A stretch of 63,196 bases of DNA, counting the filler, from Saprolegnia diclina VS20 (Eukaryota): NCBI RefSeq assembly GCF_000281045.1. It is 6 parts of 2 records of this genome, joined end to end, with 100 filler letters (N's around TTAATTAATTAA, not from the genome) between each part and the next. Parts side by side here need not be neighbours in the genome. Positions count along the whole stretch, not along the records: positions 61,438 to 63,196 come from NW_008246072.1; 5 more parts are not named here. One strand, written 5' to 3'. Each line of letters starts with the position of its first letter. Position 1 is the first letter of the stretch. Both the position numbers and the translations under genes were made by a program. Positions 63,156-63,196 of the stretch are shown in pieces. The notes under the pieces were generated by a model, which saw only the letters and a list, made by a program, of their open reading frames with translations, had not been told where the DNA came from and ran no database searches.

Positions 63156-63196
63156 TTCTAACACCGGTACCCTTCTATTATCTGATTTAGTTGTCC

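Overview
Gene-dense, GC-rich eukaryotic DNA with many short (~45-60 nt) GT-AG introns. Gene content and intron style point to an oomycete, probably Saprolegniales (inference, not a database result). The scaffold is stitched from contigs with N-gaps and TTAATTAATTAA linkers. About 27 intron-containing genes were traced by hand. Recognisable ones include SMARCD/BAF60, jouberin AHI1, RCC1-BTB, BCKDH E2 and E1-beta head-to-head, DENN+PDZ, two PHD proteins, a BK/Slo-type K+ channel, ZC2HC1, a tetraspanin, NDUFA4/B12D, two UNC93-like MFS proteins, an IQ protein, a tandem pseudokinase, SERAC1, SPT3 and a METTL23-like methyltransferase. The last ~7 kb is degenerate, repeat-derived sequence. Most interesting: (1) a five-exon secreted LRR protein with an animal-type LRRNT cap, invisible in the ORF track; (2) a myristoylated protein with two apparently dead kinase domains; (3) the divergent BCKDH subunit pair with a perfect 20-bp palindrome in the shared promoter; (4) a tail-to-tail pair of PHD paralogues sharing an unnamed domain; (5) an intronless protein with three bacterial-adhesin-like repeats. 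The 2-kb inverted duplication at 5.7-11.9 kb is most likely two haplotypes, not a true duplication. All family assignments come from motif recognition and need HMM confirmation.
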